Origin: Hyphochytrium catenoides
Taxonomy: Eukaryota; Protista; Hyphochytriomycota
Reading direction: 5' to 3'
Assembly (NCBI GenBank): GCA_900088475.1
Contig: FLMG01001674.1
Location: 1-64,000 of the forward strand
Length of the DNA: 64,000 nt
The notes under the pieces are model-generated. The model did not search any database and was not told the origin of the DNA. It saw only the letters and a program-made list of their open reading frames with translations. Position 1 is the stretch's first letter, and every line of letters starts with the position of its first letter. The translations under genes were made by a program, and so were the position numbers. Below are positions 1 to 12,770 of this stretch, piece by piece.

Positions 1-67
1 GAGAGAGAGAGAGAGAGAGAAAAAGAGGGAGGGAGGGAGAGAGACTGAAAGAAGAAAGGAAGGGAGC

Positions 68-796
68 ATGAGGCCCATAGATCAATTTATCAGCAGCAGC
101 ACGTTTCTTCATCACAATTCTCTCTCTTTCTCTCTGATTAGAGCTGGGAGAGTTTCGCTTCTTCCCCTTTCTCTCTCGCTGGTTCCCCTTTCTCTCTCTC
201 TCTCTCTCTCTTTCCTGAGCTTCTTGCCATTCTGGCTTCCTTCTTTCCAGACAGAGATGCAGCGTATCCATTATCTCTCCCAGAGAAAGGACCTGGTTGT
301 CTCTCTCTCGCGTGCCTCTTCCTCCTTTTCTCTCTTTCATGGTTCTTCTCTTCCGCTCCAAAAGGAGGAGAAGACAGAGAGAGAGAGAAGACGAAGGTTA
401 GGAGAGAGAGACCTCCACTCTCTCCAGACCGCTATTTCTTTGAAGAGAGAGAGTCAGAGAAAAGGAAGAGAAACAGAGTGCGTACAACTCTATAGAGAAA
501 GCAGGCGATGGCTGAGTGGGAAAGGAGAGAGACACGAAGGAGAAGAAGAGAGAGGAGCCGAGGACGAAGATCCTAATTACGAGCTGCCGGCGCACTGGAG
601 GTAATGTCTCTTCGATTCTTTCTCATCTTGCTCTCTCTCTCTCTCTCTCTCTCTCGCTTCTGTTCTCTCCCCTTCCCTTTCTCTCTCTCTCTCTCTTTCT
701 CCCTTCTTCCTCTCTACCCTCCCCCCACGACCTTATTCGTCTTCCCGGCCATCTCTCGTTGGTTGGGTACATCTCTTTCTCCATTCTCTCTCTCTC

Positions 797-848
<52 letters not shown>

Positions 849-1652
849 TTCTTTACCTTTCGTCTTCCTCTCTCACAGACCCAGCATCTCTCTCTGTCTG
901 TCGCGCTCTTTCTCTCTGTTGCTCTTCTCATTTTGTTCTCTCTTCAGTGGTCTCCTATCTTGTCTTTTCTTTCTGCCCTCTTGGCTTTTCTTCCCTCTCT
1001 TCTCTCTTTTTTTCCCCTCTCTCTCTCACTCTCTCTCTCTCTCTCTCTCTTGATCACTCCTCTTCTCTCCATTTTCTAGGTCCCTTGAGAGCCGCATCAC
1101 CTCCCGCCAATTGAAACCTCGTCGACCAAGAGAGGCAGGAGAGAAAAGAGAGAGAGAGAGACTTCAAGTCCCGAAGAGCGATGAAGAGCATTGGTTAGAG
1201 GCAGGACTCTATGACCAACTGCTAGACCGAGAGAAGGGAGAGAGAGAAGAGAGAGAAAGAGACTCCTCCAATAGAGAACTCGCTAAGAATGAAGAGAGAG
1301 AAAAGCTTTTGACGAAAGAGAAGCCACAGGAGAAACAAAGGGCAGATCTTTCCCTCTCTAGTCTCTCTCATGAGAGAGGAGTAGGTGAGACCAAGAGAAA
1401 CACACGTTATCTCTCTCTCTCTCTCTCTCTCTCTTGTTAAGGTCTTTCTTCATTGTTGTCTGGCCTCTCTCTGTCTCCCCTGTCTTCCCTCTATGTCAGT
1501 CGAGGAGCCTCTCTCTGTTTCTCTCTCTCTCTCTCTGTCGTTCAGCTTGCCGCTTTTCTCTCTCTCTCTTTCTCCTTCATCACCATTTGTCTCTTGCTGT
1601 TTGTGTCTGTCTCGTACTTCCTTGCTTTGATTTAGTATCTCTCTCCTTCGTT

Positions 1653-1711
<59 letters not shown>

Positions 1712-2175
1712 TTTGTCTCTCTCTCTCTCTCTGTCTTTTGTCTCTCTCTCTCCGTGTCTCTTCTGACACCATCTCTTGCCCTCTCTCTCCTGTTGGCAGT
1801 GAGAACATCTGTGCTGCCCATCAAGCGAGAAAAGGTCAATGTTCTTCTCTCTTTCTACCAGGAGAGACTCTCCCCACTCTACAGCGTAAGAAGCTCTCTC
1901 TCTCTCTCTTTCTCTCTCTCTCCCTTTACTGGACTCTAGTATCTCTGTTTCTCTCTCTCTTTCTTTCCTCCGTGCTCTGGTAACTCGACCCCTTCTCTCT
2001 TTCTCTTTTGATTTCTCTTTCTGTCAAATCTACCTCTGTCTCTCTCCTCTCGATTTCTCCCCTGGGCGTGAGTGTCTTTTACTCTCTCTTCCTGTCATCT
2101 CCTCTCTCTTCTCTCTCTCTCATTCTTTTCTCTCTCTCATTCTTTTCTCTCTCTCATCCTTTTCTCTCTCTCATT

Positions 2176-2215
<40 letters not shown>

Positions 2216-2591
2216 NNNNNNNNNNNNNNNNNTCTCCCTCCCTCTCTCTCTCTCTCCCCCCCTCTCTCTCTCTCTCATCCTCCCCTCTCTCTCTTTCTTC
2301 CCCTAGCGGTGTCCTGGCTTTCGCGCGGGATATTTGCTGCTCCACGAAGAGAGAGAAGAAGCGAGCAATGTCACTCTTTGGGACTCCTCTTCCTCTCTCG
2401 AAGAAGCCACAGCGTCCCCTCAATACCAGGAAACAATGAAAGAACTGGGAGAGATTGTAGATCTCTCTTCTTCTCTCTCTTCGTCTCTCTCTCTCTCTCC
2501 CTCTCTCTCCCCTATATCCGGGTTTATTTCCCCTGATATGGAGGGACAAAGAGACGCGCTGTTGGAGAAAATGAGGAAAAGATGGCAATAA
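68..2591 (+). CDS. Probable 3' part of a multi-exon hypothetical protein gene; exon structure uncertain
   Basis: Non-repetitive coding-like blocks (~220-600, ~1080-1385, ~1800-1885, ~2307-2591) are separated by CT-rich segments with GT..AG ends. The last block ends ...QRDALLEKMRKRWQ-stop. No recognisable motif. Confidence 0.3.
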
Positions 2592-3080
2592 AAGGCTATT
2601 TTGATTTCCTTTCAATCTCTCTTTCTCTTTCTTTCTCTCTCTCTCTCTCCCTCTTTCTTTCTCTCTCAAGAGAGAGAGAGCAATTTCTCTTCAGCTTCCA
2701 AGAGAGAGAAGGCGCTTAGCATTTATAACTCCGGAAGGTGAACCAGATAGGAGAGAAAGAGAGAGATACACAGGCAAGAGAGAGAGAGCAAGAAAGAGAG
2801 AGGAAGACAAGGACTAAGAGGAAACATAGAACAATAAAGAGAGCAAGAGCGAGCGAGGGAGAGAGAGAGAGAGAAGGAGGGAGAGAGAGAGAGAGAGAAG
2901 GAGGGAGAGAGCGAGAGAGAGAGATGGAGAGAGAGAGAGAGGGAAAGAGAGAGAGAGGAAGAGCTGGTCCATTGCAAAGAGGACATAGTGCTCATGAAAG
3001 ATATCTCGAATTTGAGTCGCATTGGAGAAGACGCTGAATTTATTATTTGTTTCTCTCTCTTTCTCTCTCTCTCTCTCTTT

Positions 3081-3420
3081 CTAGGTAGACTGTGCGATGC
3101 CGATCACTCCGCCCGCAATCCGAGCGCCAGAGTTTCCATTTTGAAGAGAGAGCTCGTGGCCACCCTAGAGAGAGAGAGAAAGGGTGTGAACATAAAGAAA
3201 AAGAGACAGAGAGAGTGAGAGAGAGACATAGAGCAAGGCATCGAGAGTGACAGAGAGAGAGAGAGAGAAAGAGGCAATGAGCGAAAAAGAGAGAGGGGAA
3301 TCGGAGACAGAGAGAACAAGAGAGAGAGAAATTGAAGACCCAGGGTTAGCAGAAGAGAGAGCAAGAAGAATAGAGACATAGAGAGCACCAAAGGCTATAG
3401 CAAACAGTCTCCCAAACACA

Positions 3421-3464
<44 letters not shown>

Positions 3465-3614
3465 AAGACCGCATTACCTTGCCAAGATCATCCTCTCTCT
3501 CCTTAACTACGAGGGATCTTCCAATGACGGAGTGTGGGCCAATGAGCTTGACGCCCCTGTCCTCAATCTTCACCACCGCAGTACCATCAGTGTCAGCCTC
3601 AATGTTCCCTGGGG

Positions 3615-3655
<41 letters not shown>

Positions 3656-3677
3656 GAAGAAAGAGAGAGAGAGAGAG

Positions 3678-3721
<44 letters not shown>

Positions 3722-3851
3722 TAAAACAAAGAAGAAAGAGAAGCAGGTCAGGACAATAGAGTAAAGACATGTTGGACAGAAAGAAGTCAGAAAGATAAGA
3801 GGAAGATCGGGGAACATAGAAAGTAGCAAGAAAGACATAAAAAAGGCAGAG

Positions 3852-3900
<49 letters not shown>

Positions 3901-5099
3901 AAAGAGAGTCCAACATCCTTTAGGCATCTCGTTTTCAAGCAGAAATGCTTGAATGGAGAGACTTCAAAACCAAACCAGTGCAAAAAGAGAGAAAGAGACT
4001 CATAAGAGAAAGGAAGGAACCTTGGGAGCACAGCCTCTCCAGAGAGAGAGAGAGAGAGAAAGACGGAGAGGGAGAGAGAGAGCAAGAGAGAGCACGGACA
4101 GACCTAGGTCTCCGGCTCTGCGCTCCTTGTCATCGGGGCCTCCATGGTTCTTTAGGTGTGGGTTGAAAATATTGCCTAGGAAAGGAGAGAGAGAGAAAGA
4201 GAGTGAGCCCGAGAGAGAGAAGAGAGAAAAAAACAAGAGAGACACGAGAGTAAAGGCACGGTATATAGATAAAGACAAAAGAGAGACAGGGAGAGACTGC
4301 AAGGGAGAAGTAGTGTAGATCATAAAGTAAGAGCCACCCTACTTTCAGGATCTACGTGAAAGAACCAGAAGAGAGAGAGAGAAAGAGAAAGAGAAAGAAA
4401 AGGAAAAAGAGCGCGCGGACAGAATGGGGGAGAGAGAGAGAGAGAGAGAGAAGGAGACAGACGGAGAGAGAGAGAAAAGAGGACATATAACAGAATACGA
4501 GAGAGAGACCTTGACGGCAGAGAGCGAGAAAGCAGGAAGGGCATTAAGAAGTACATAGAAAAGAGAGAGAGGGAGAGAAAGAGAGAGAGAGAAAGTGCAA
4601 GATAGGTAAAGAAGAAAGAAAGGGAAACAAAGGACTCACCACAGCTGACAAAGTTCTGGGAGAGATCTCCGAATGTGTGGATGTGGAAGCCGTGCTTGCC
4701 CTGGAGAAGAGAGAACAGCCATAAGTGGCCTTGGAGAGAGAGCCTTTATATTTTCTCTCTCTTTCTCTCTCTTTCCTTCCTGCATTTCCCTCTCTTTCCT
4801 GGGAGTAGTCAGCACTTTTTTGTCTCTCTCTCTTTGTTCACAACTATTTTCTCTCTCTCTCTGCTGAATCTCCCCTATCTTGCTTGCCGTCTTTCACTTT
4901 TGAACGCACAGCTCTCTTTCGCACTTCTCTCTCTCTCTCTCTCTGTGTCTCTCTTCTTTTCTCTCTCTTGAAAATGACATACCGCGGTGAGGCCCTTAAT
5001 GGTCCCAGAGATGATGGTAGGAGCATCTTCCTGTGACTGAGTCAGCAGAATCTCTCCGCTGATGCCGTCGCCAGTGAGAACACAGATAGCGCGAGCCAT
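3081..5099 (-). CDS. Cu/Zn superoxide dismutase-like protein, 154 aa, 5 exons, with degenerate metal sites
   Basis: Exons 5099-4983, 4700-4640, 4175-4104, 3608-3478 and 3164-3081 (all GT-AG) splice in frame to [10 protein letters not shown]...[12 protein letters not shown]...[25 protein letters not shown]...[50 protein letters not shown], collinear with SOD1. Confidence 0.93.
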
Positions 5100-5277
5100 T
5101 TTATAGAGAAAAAAGTGCAAAAAATCTGTCTGAAAAGCTTCGAAATGCGCCGGGAAAAGCTTCAGAATTGCGGCGATGGAGCTCTAAAGAGGTGAGGAGA
5201 GAGAAAGGAGGAAGGATCTTCCAATGTCCAGAGGAATTGTGTGGTGTCTAGAGAACGGAGAGAACAGAGAGGAGAGG

Positions 5278-5321
<44 letters not shown>

Positions 5322-5866
5322 AGAGAGAGAGACAGACAGAGACAGACAGAGAGAGACTGAGAGGGAGAGAGAGAGAGACAGAGAGAGAGGAAAAAGGAGA
5401 GAAAGGGAGAGAGAGCTTGAGAGCGGCAGACAGAGGGGGAAAGAGAGATAGAGGCAGAGAGAGAAAGAAAGAAAGAGAGAGAGAGAAAGGAGAGAGAGAG
5501 AAAGTAGGAGAGAAAGAGAGAGCTTGAGAGAGGTGATAGAGAGAGAGAAAGAAAGAGGCAAGACATGAAGGTAATGAGGGCAGTGCGCACACTGTAAGAA
5601 CAGACGGACATTTTGGAATAGACAGAGAGGAGGAGAGATACAGAGAAATAGGCGTAAAGCAAATAATGAAGAAAGACAGAGGAGGTTTGAGGCATATGCC
5701 CCATGTATCGAATCCTTAGCCGGTATAGTCAATCTAACGCTATAAATCTGAGAGCGTTACCCAATCATAAACCGCCATGGATATATGGAGAGTTTTGCAT
5801 TGTGAAAAAGGGAGGACTAGCGAGACAGAGTAATAGCGACCAGAGAGAGAAGAGAGCCTCTGTTTG

Positions 5867-5897
<31 letters not shown>

Positions 5898-6156
5898 TGA
5901 CTCGAATGCTTGTTCCCTTTCCCTTCTTTCTCTCTTTCGTCTTCTCATTCAACGCTATCAGTCTTTGACAGCGCAGTCTTCGATAGCGGCTCTGTGCCAT
6001 GGTCCAGTTAGAAAAACATGTCTCTTCATGAGATCTGCATACGAAGCGTCTTTCTCTCTCTCTCTCTACACCTAATCCCCTCCTCGTCTCACCTAATCCC
6101 TCCTTCCTCTCTCTCTCTCTCATTCTCTCTCTTCCTCTTTCTTTCTTTTGCCTTAA

Positions 6157-6635
6157 TTATCCGCTTTCTGTCGCTATCCAGCGAGGAGAGAGAGAGGAAG
6201 AAGCGTTAAGAAGAGAGGGAGAGATATCGTTTGCTCTTTCTTCCCTTCCCAGCTTTGCAAACGCTTCTTTCAGGACCAGCTTGTGGTCAAAGGCGAGAGA
6301 AGGGGGAGAGTCAATGGAGAACCAACGCGCGTCTTTCGCATCATCCTGGAACAGGCAGCAGAGGAGAGAGAGGGAGAGAAAGATAGAGAGAGAGAGACCG
6401 TCAAAGAAGAAAGAGACTTGAGAGAAAGAGAGAAAGAGGAGGAAGAAGAGACATGGCAGATAATAAGGAACGGAAAGGCATTTCGAGCTAGCTGAGTCCC
6501 TAACTTTATCATCAGGACGCACCTATCCAGAGAAACAGAGAAGCAGACAGAGAGACTAAGAAAGAGAGACAAAGAAAGAAAGAGAGATAAAAAGAGAGAG
6601 AGTAAGTAAGAAAGACGGTGGCAGAGCGGAGAGAG

Positions 6636-6668
<33 letters not shown>

Positions 6669-6968
6669 GTTTCTTTACCGCTGCCTTGACTCCAATGTCC
6701 GTGCTCTCCACCAGCGCGGCGTAAGCCACAGTGACAGTCCAACCGCGAGGGTCCCGACCCTTTGCACCGAAGGCACCGACCTAGAAAGTCAAAGAGAGAG
6801 AGAGAGAGAGAGAGAGACAGAAAGCGAGACAGAGAGAGAGACAGAGAGAGAGACAGGGTTGGCGACAAGCAAGAGAAACTAAGAAAAAGAAAGAGAGAGG
6901 ACCTTAAACCTGAGGAAAGATCTACGAACTTAGAGAGAGAGAGAAGGCAAAAAGACAGAAAGAGAGTG

Positions 6969-7002
<34 letters not shown>

Positions 7003-7647
7003 TGCCTGCACGAGTAGCACCTGCGATGGGTCTACTGACGTCTCTTCCTGCAGCTCTCTGGCAGCTGCAGCCTCCAAAGGCTCTTCTTCATCCACAAACC
7101 CTCCAGGAAGGGCCCAGCATCCCTACCCAAGAGAGAGGAGAGAGAGAGAGAGAGAGAGAGAGACAGGCGGGCGGCAGAGTAAAAACAGGAAGGAAAAAGG
7201 AGAGAGAGAGAGAGAGAGAAGTTAGAACTTGTAAGTGTGAGATAATGGAATGAGGGGGAGGATGAAGAGAGAGAGAGAGAGAAAGGGGGAGAGAAGGGGG
7301 GAGAGAGAGAGAGGAAATGAGAAAGAGACAAATAAATCTCTATAAAGTAGCAGTGCACCCTTGAGGGGAGAGGAGAAGGAAGAGCTAACCTTGAACGGAT
7401 CATTCTTTCTTTGGATAAGGAGAACTTTTGGGACGCCTCTCTCTCCTTCTTTGGGCACTTTCTCTTCCTCTCTCTCTCCCTCTCTCTTGGCCACGATAAT
7501 AGTGTCTACCGTGAGAGAGGGGCGCGGATATCTTGGAGAAGAAGAGTCAGAAGAGAGAGAGAGAGAAGGACAGGAAGAAGAGGATGTGTAAGAGAGAGGA
7601 GAGAGTATGAGGAGAGAAAGGATACCCAGGAAACGGAAGAGGACCAT
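6157..7647 (-). CDS. Nudix hydrolase (ADP-ribose pyrophosphatase-like) with a hydrophobic N-terminal leader, 4 exons
   Basis: Exons 7647-7390, 7122-7006, 6780-6679 and 6345-6157. Motifs [31 protein letters not shown], Nudix box GGFVDEEEPLEAAAARELQEET, RDPRGWTVTVAY, ADDAKDARWF and LAFDH. Confidence 0.92.
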
Positions 7648-8384
7648 TGAAAACCTATACCAAATAAGAAGACAGTGTTAGGAGAGAGAGAGAGAGTGGT
7701 GGAGACAAAAGATAAAAGAAAAGCACAGAGAAAGAGAGAGAAGGAGATGGAAGAGAGAGAAAAGACTGAAAGAGAGAGAGAGGAGACCGTCGTTGGGGAG
7801 AGAGATAAGCTGACTCCAAAACGGGGGGAAAGAGAGAGACAGAAGCATCTCTTACTGATATGTGTGCACCATCTTCAGCGCGGTCTTGCTCTTCTGACGG
7901 GAAGAGAAAAGTGAGAAAGAGCTGATGTTGGGCGTACAACACCGGAGATGCGAGGAGCGGAGACAAAGACAGCGCTTTGCTAGGGAAGACACCTGCATTC
8001 ACCAAGCACTCTACCCTTATTTTCTTTCTTTCTCTCTTTCTCTCTCTCTCCTGCTGTTTTATGATGGTGTGACTTCGTTTTCTCGGTGTCTTGCCCGTCA
8101 ATGCAAAAAAGCTTCGCCGGTGGAGTTTCTGCTTGGGTATGCAAAAGAGGAGTTGATAAACAGAGGAAGAACGAGAGAAGTGGACCGATAGCGAAGGAGA
8201 GAAAGAGACAAGAAAGAGGAAGACAGAGAACGTAAGATGAGAGAACACATTGGTGCATTGTCTGCATGCAGTGAGAGAGAGAGAGAGAGGAGAGAGAGAG
8301 CCTAAGAAGCTAGCCGCCGAAGTGAGGAAGACAGAGGAGCTGAAGAAAATACCGGGGAGGAGCGAGAGAGAGAGAGAGAGAGAG

Positions 8385-8436
<52 letters not shown>

Positions 8437-9028
8437 AAGAGAGAGTGAAAGGAGAGAGAGAGAGACAGTGAGAGAAAGGAGAGTTGAAAACGGCTCAGAA
8501 CCTTGCCTGGCAAGATCCCCAGAAGATCTTGAATCTTGAATCCTGAGATCTGACCGTACCAGTGATAATCAATAGAGGATCAACAAAATATTTGTGTCCT
8601 TGATATTCCTATAGTGATCTGACGAGCTTCCTGTGATACTGAACTCCGTACTGGTGATTTTTATAACAACAGTTATTTGAGTCAACTACAACAAGACCAG
8701 GGGCAGATCTTCAAACTGAATTATCCGGAACACTGAGTACCTTTATGCCGTATACACCGCCTAATTACCTATCATATGACGAATAGCTCTCCTCAGCAGG
8801 TGATCCAGTCACAAACTACTGATAATCTATAAGAAATAACTAATTGCATGCCAATTATAGCCGGTAGCGGTCTTATGGGTGAGAAGAAAAGGTATGATGA
8901 AGCTTTTGGGAAGATCATCGCGAAGTGGACGAGATGGACAGAGCTTGCCCAGCATCTCCTCATTTTAGGAAGCTTTAGCAGAGCTTATCGTGGCCATTCT
9001 GCCTTAAGGACGGTGGAACTGTTTGAAT

Positions 9029-9333
9029 CTAAGTGCGGTAGTTGGCTTGCTGTCCTTGGCTTCAACATTGACGGTTCCTAGGTCGCGATTACACCTGGCA
9101 CACACTCTGACCCTCCTCGAGCCTTACGGCGGGGTTTCTGCTGCCGGTAGCGCTTGCTTCTCATCAGCACACGAAGAGGACTAAGTACGGTAGTTGGCTT
9201 CCTGTCCTTGGCTTCAAAGTTGACGGCTCCAAGATTGCGATCACACCTGGCACCCACTCTGACCCTCCTCGAGCCTTACGACGGGGTTCCTGCTGCCGGT
9301 AGCGTTTGCTTCTCGTCAGCTCACGAAGAGGAC
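9029..9333 (+). repeat. 152-bp diverged tandem duplication, possibly a retroelement reverse-transcriptase relic
   Basis: 9029-9180 and 9181-9333 align throughout with scattered substitutions. One frame reads K(C/Y)GSWL(A/P)VLGF(NI/KV)DGS and contains in-frame stops. Confidence is for the repeat; the retroelement origin is tentative. Confidence 0.85.
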
Positions 9334-9468
9334 CACGTTTCTTTCTTTTCTTGGGACCTCTCCTATGCTACTCAAACGTCATTGGTGGCGTCTGTTCCTT
9401 ATCTGAAAGGCATAACATCTTCCATATACCGACTGTGCCCAAACCGTTCGTGGTATATTGCCTTGAAG

Positions 9469-9827
9469 ATGCTGCGAGATCTCGTGGGAACCACTGTTTA
9501 CGCCATTGGATCTATTTTCATAGTCTTTCTTTGCTTGGCTGTCGGTAAGAGGACCTATTCAACCAGCCTGTGTCCGATTTTTTAAGAAACAACTCTCTTT
9601 TTGCCATCATCCAGTCCTCATTTATAGTCAAGTTCTCACGTTTGCTTCTGTGGCTGTGTCTCACTCTTCTCCTATGTATCTTAGGGTGGTGGATTGTCTG
9701 GAAGAGCATCCTGTCTCATCTTCCTCTTATTCAAGAACTCATGGGCGTGACAGAGCAGAGCGCTGGCAGAAAAGAGAAGAGTCGCAAGCCGTCCAGAAGA
9801 GTAAGTGCAGACAGATCTATGCTCTGA
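9469..9827 (+). CDS. Small integral membrane protein, SMIM13-like, 72 aa, 2 exons
   Basis: Exons 9469-9544 (G|GTAAG) and 9685-9827 (TTAG|) give MLRDLVGTTVYAIGSIFIVFLCLAVGWWIVWKSILSHLPLIQELMG..., resembling the SMIM13 signature GWY.VW.LFLS.F.FLREL.G. Confidence 0.7.
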
Positions 9828-10765
9828 ACGAATCAGAGGAAACCGAATCTCTCTAACCGTCTTCATGTTCCTCTCTCTGCCATGCAGTTACCGTCCAATC
9901 TCGCATCGGCAGTGGACGACAGTCCGACAGCCATTGATGGCAGTGCCTGGGGCATTGGACGAGATCTAGACGGGTCTCGCCCACAGCCGGTGAGAAGGAG
10001 ATGAAGGGCCAAGAAGAAGGAAGGCTTTTAGAATTGGCAACCCGTGGGAATTTGTTAGAGGAAAAGGACAGAAGGACATCCGTGCGGTTAGTAGTGCCGT
10101 GGGCACGATATTGACCTGGAGGACCTGAACATTTTAACCTATTTATTGGTCCACCTGGATGATCAAGGGACCTCTTTTCCTCCACTTGCAACATTCTAAA
10201 CCGTCACTTTCTTTCTTTCCGCGCCTCCACCTCCCTCTCTGTTCTCTCTCTCTGTCCCTTTTTGCCTCTCCCTCTCTACCTTTCTTGCACCATGCTCACA
10301 TGTTGCATAAGAAGCTCCCTTGCAGCTCCGCTTCCTCATCCTCAATCCACTAAGCTGCTGCTTACCTACATAGCACTAGAAGGGAGAGGCTATCAGCAAT
10401 ATCGCATGTTCTTCCTCTTCGTCCTTCCCTTTCTGTTTTATTTCTCCTTAGTCGTTTGTGCTGCCTTTCTGAGGCTCGACTTCTCTGTCTCTAGAGCCCT
10501 TCTGATGACGGCACGCTGCTGACCTCTGGCATAATCGTGGCCAGATGATGCTTCCGCCTCCACGTCCTAACGCAACCGTGGACCTTACCGAGAGAGGAGG
10601 AAAAGAGTAATGAGCTCAACTTGAAGGGTTAAAGACTGAGAGTAAGAAGGAAAAGAAGATAGAAGAGAGAGAGGGGACAGAGAGAGAGACACACACGAAG
10701 AGAGAGAGAGAGAGAGAGAAAGAAGACAATCAGAGACTGATGAGGAAGCAGGACAGCAGGACTCT

Positions 10766-10804
10766 CAAGTACAAGTACAAGTGCCAAGTACAAGTATACT
10801 TGTA
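10766..10804. promoter_or_regulatory. CAAGTA repeat cluster ending in the perfect 16-bp palindrome TACAAGTATACTTGTA; candidate cis-element
   Basis: Palindrome at 10789-10804, about 245 bp upstream of the eIF2B-epsilon ATG. Related motifs occur at ~19184 and ~44620. Confidence 0.3.
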
Positions 10805-11048
10805 ACAGTTCGCTAAGGATAGCCGTTAGCGCCCATCTTGTCTACTACGTTAGCCGTTAGAGGCTACATGAGGTTTTCCGTCCAGGTCTCCAGTCAGATC
10901 TCTCAAATGATTTTCTGAAGCTTCATGAACCATCAGAAAATCCAATAAATGGAGACTTCCTTCTGCTGAAGATTCTGAAGCCCATCACAATAGAAGAAGA
11001 GACAAGGAGAGAGCAACGCCTTTCGTACATCTCCATCATAAGGCCAAG

Positions 11049-12054
11049 ATGGCGAAAAAGAAGGCCGGAGCTCAAGGCGGAGGGGGTAGCGCCAATGACG
11101 TACAGAATGAGCAGCGGCTGCAGGCAGTGGTGCTGGCTGATTCCTTCACTAGGAATTTCAGACCGATCACGCTGGAGTCTCCTAAGGTTCTCCTGCCCCT
11201 GGTCAACGTTCCAATGATAGAGTATACGCTAGAATTTCTGATCTCCAATGGCGTGGAAGAGGTAAGATCAACGGAGAGAAACGAGAAGAAGGATGCGATA
11301 GTCTGCTAGCGGTGCCACTCCCTCAATTGCTCTGAAAGATTGGCTCTCCGTACACTTTGACTGTTAGAATGACCACTGTTCCCTCCCTATTTCTTTCTCT
11401 TTCTTTCTCTTCTTTCCTATTTCTGGATGTTTTGTCGGATGAGCAGCTCTTCGTGTTCTGTGTGGCTGGGGCAGAGGAGATCCGCGAGTATTTGAAGAAC
11501 TCTCCCACAAGCTCGCGCGCTGAGATCCATTGCATCTCTTCTTCCACCTGCCTCACCGCCGGTGATGCACTTAGAGAGCTGGATGCCATGGCCGTCATAC
11601 GATCAGGTGATTGGTCGGTCGGAGTACTTTCGAAGATAGAGAGTTAGGGTCGAAGGGAGAGAGAGAGAGAGTATGAGAGAGAGAAAGAGAGACAAGAGAT
11701 GTGCTTCGCAGAAGAAAGCCCTTTCTTAAGATTGCACGACTCTCCTCAACCTTGCTCTGCCTCTTTCGTTCCTGTCTATTTCTTGCTCTCCTATCCCTCT
11801 CTCCTCCTTTTCCCTTTCTCTCCCTGTTTCCCCATCTTTCTCTGTCCCTCTCCATCTCTCTCTCTGATCTGTTCTCTCCCTTCTCCATTGTTTCTCATTT
11901 CTTCCTCTTTGCGTTGACCTTTCCTCTCTCTCTCTCTCTGTCTTTTTACTGGTTACCTTAGGCCTCTCCCCATAGGTCTATAGACTCACATTCTACCTCA
12001 ACGTATCTCTAACATACACCATGCTCCTCTCTCCTGCTCTCTTTCTTCTCATAC

Positions 12055-12102
<48 letters not shown>

Positions 12103-12732
12103 TCTCGCTGCTTCCTCTCTCCCGCAGACCCGTTCATCCTCATCAGCGGCGATGTTATCTCCAACATGAACCTGGAGAAAGTGATCTCGGTGCACAAGGA
12201 GAGAAAGAAGAAGGACCCGTCCAGTATATTAACTATGGTCTTCAAGACTGCGGACATTGAACATCCGACGCGCTCTCTTCGCGATGACCTCGTCGTAGCT
12301 GTAGATAATGTCACCGGACAGGTAGCAATCTCTCTATCTCTTCTCTCTTTCTGCCTTTTTCTCTCTCTTTTTCTGTCTCTCTCCCTCCCCCTTTCTCTCT
12401 CTCTCGCGCGGGCGTTCTCCTATCCTATCTATCTCTTTCCTTCTTCTTCATGTCTTCTCTCTCTCTCTACTTTTCCAAGTCCTCGCTATTAAAGAAAAAT
12501 TTTGAGTATATAAACTCTTGCTTCTGGCAAACGGTTGCCGCTGCGTCTATTCTGCTTTGATCACTCGTCGCGGAATTGTCGCTTTTCTTCCTCCTTCTGG
12601 TCTCGCTTTGGATTACTCTCTTTCTCTTTGCCAGTCGATTTGCCTGCTCTCTATATAGTAGCAGCAGCAGCTTTTTCTCCCGTCTATGTTGTCTCTTTTT
12701 CTTGAAGAGAGTAGTAGGTAGACAGAGGACAG

Positions 12733-12770
<38 letters not shown>

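Noticed and set aside
9029-9333. Direct repeats as a CRISPR array
   Set aside because: Only two adjacent 152-bp units, no spacers, eukaryotic context and no cas genes.
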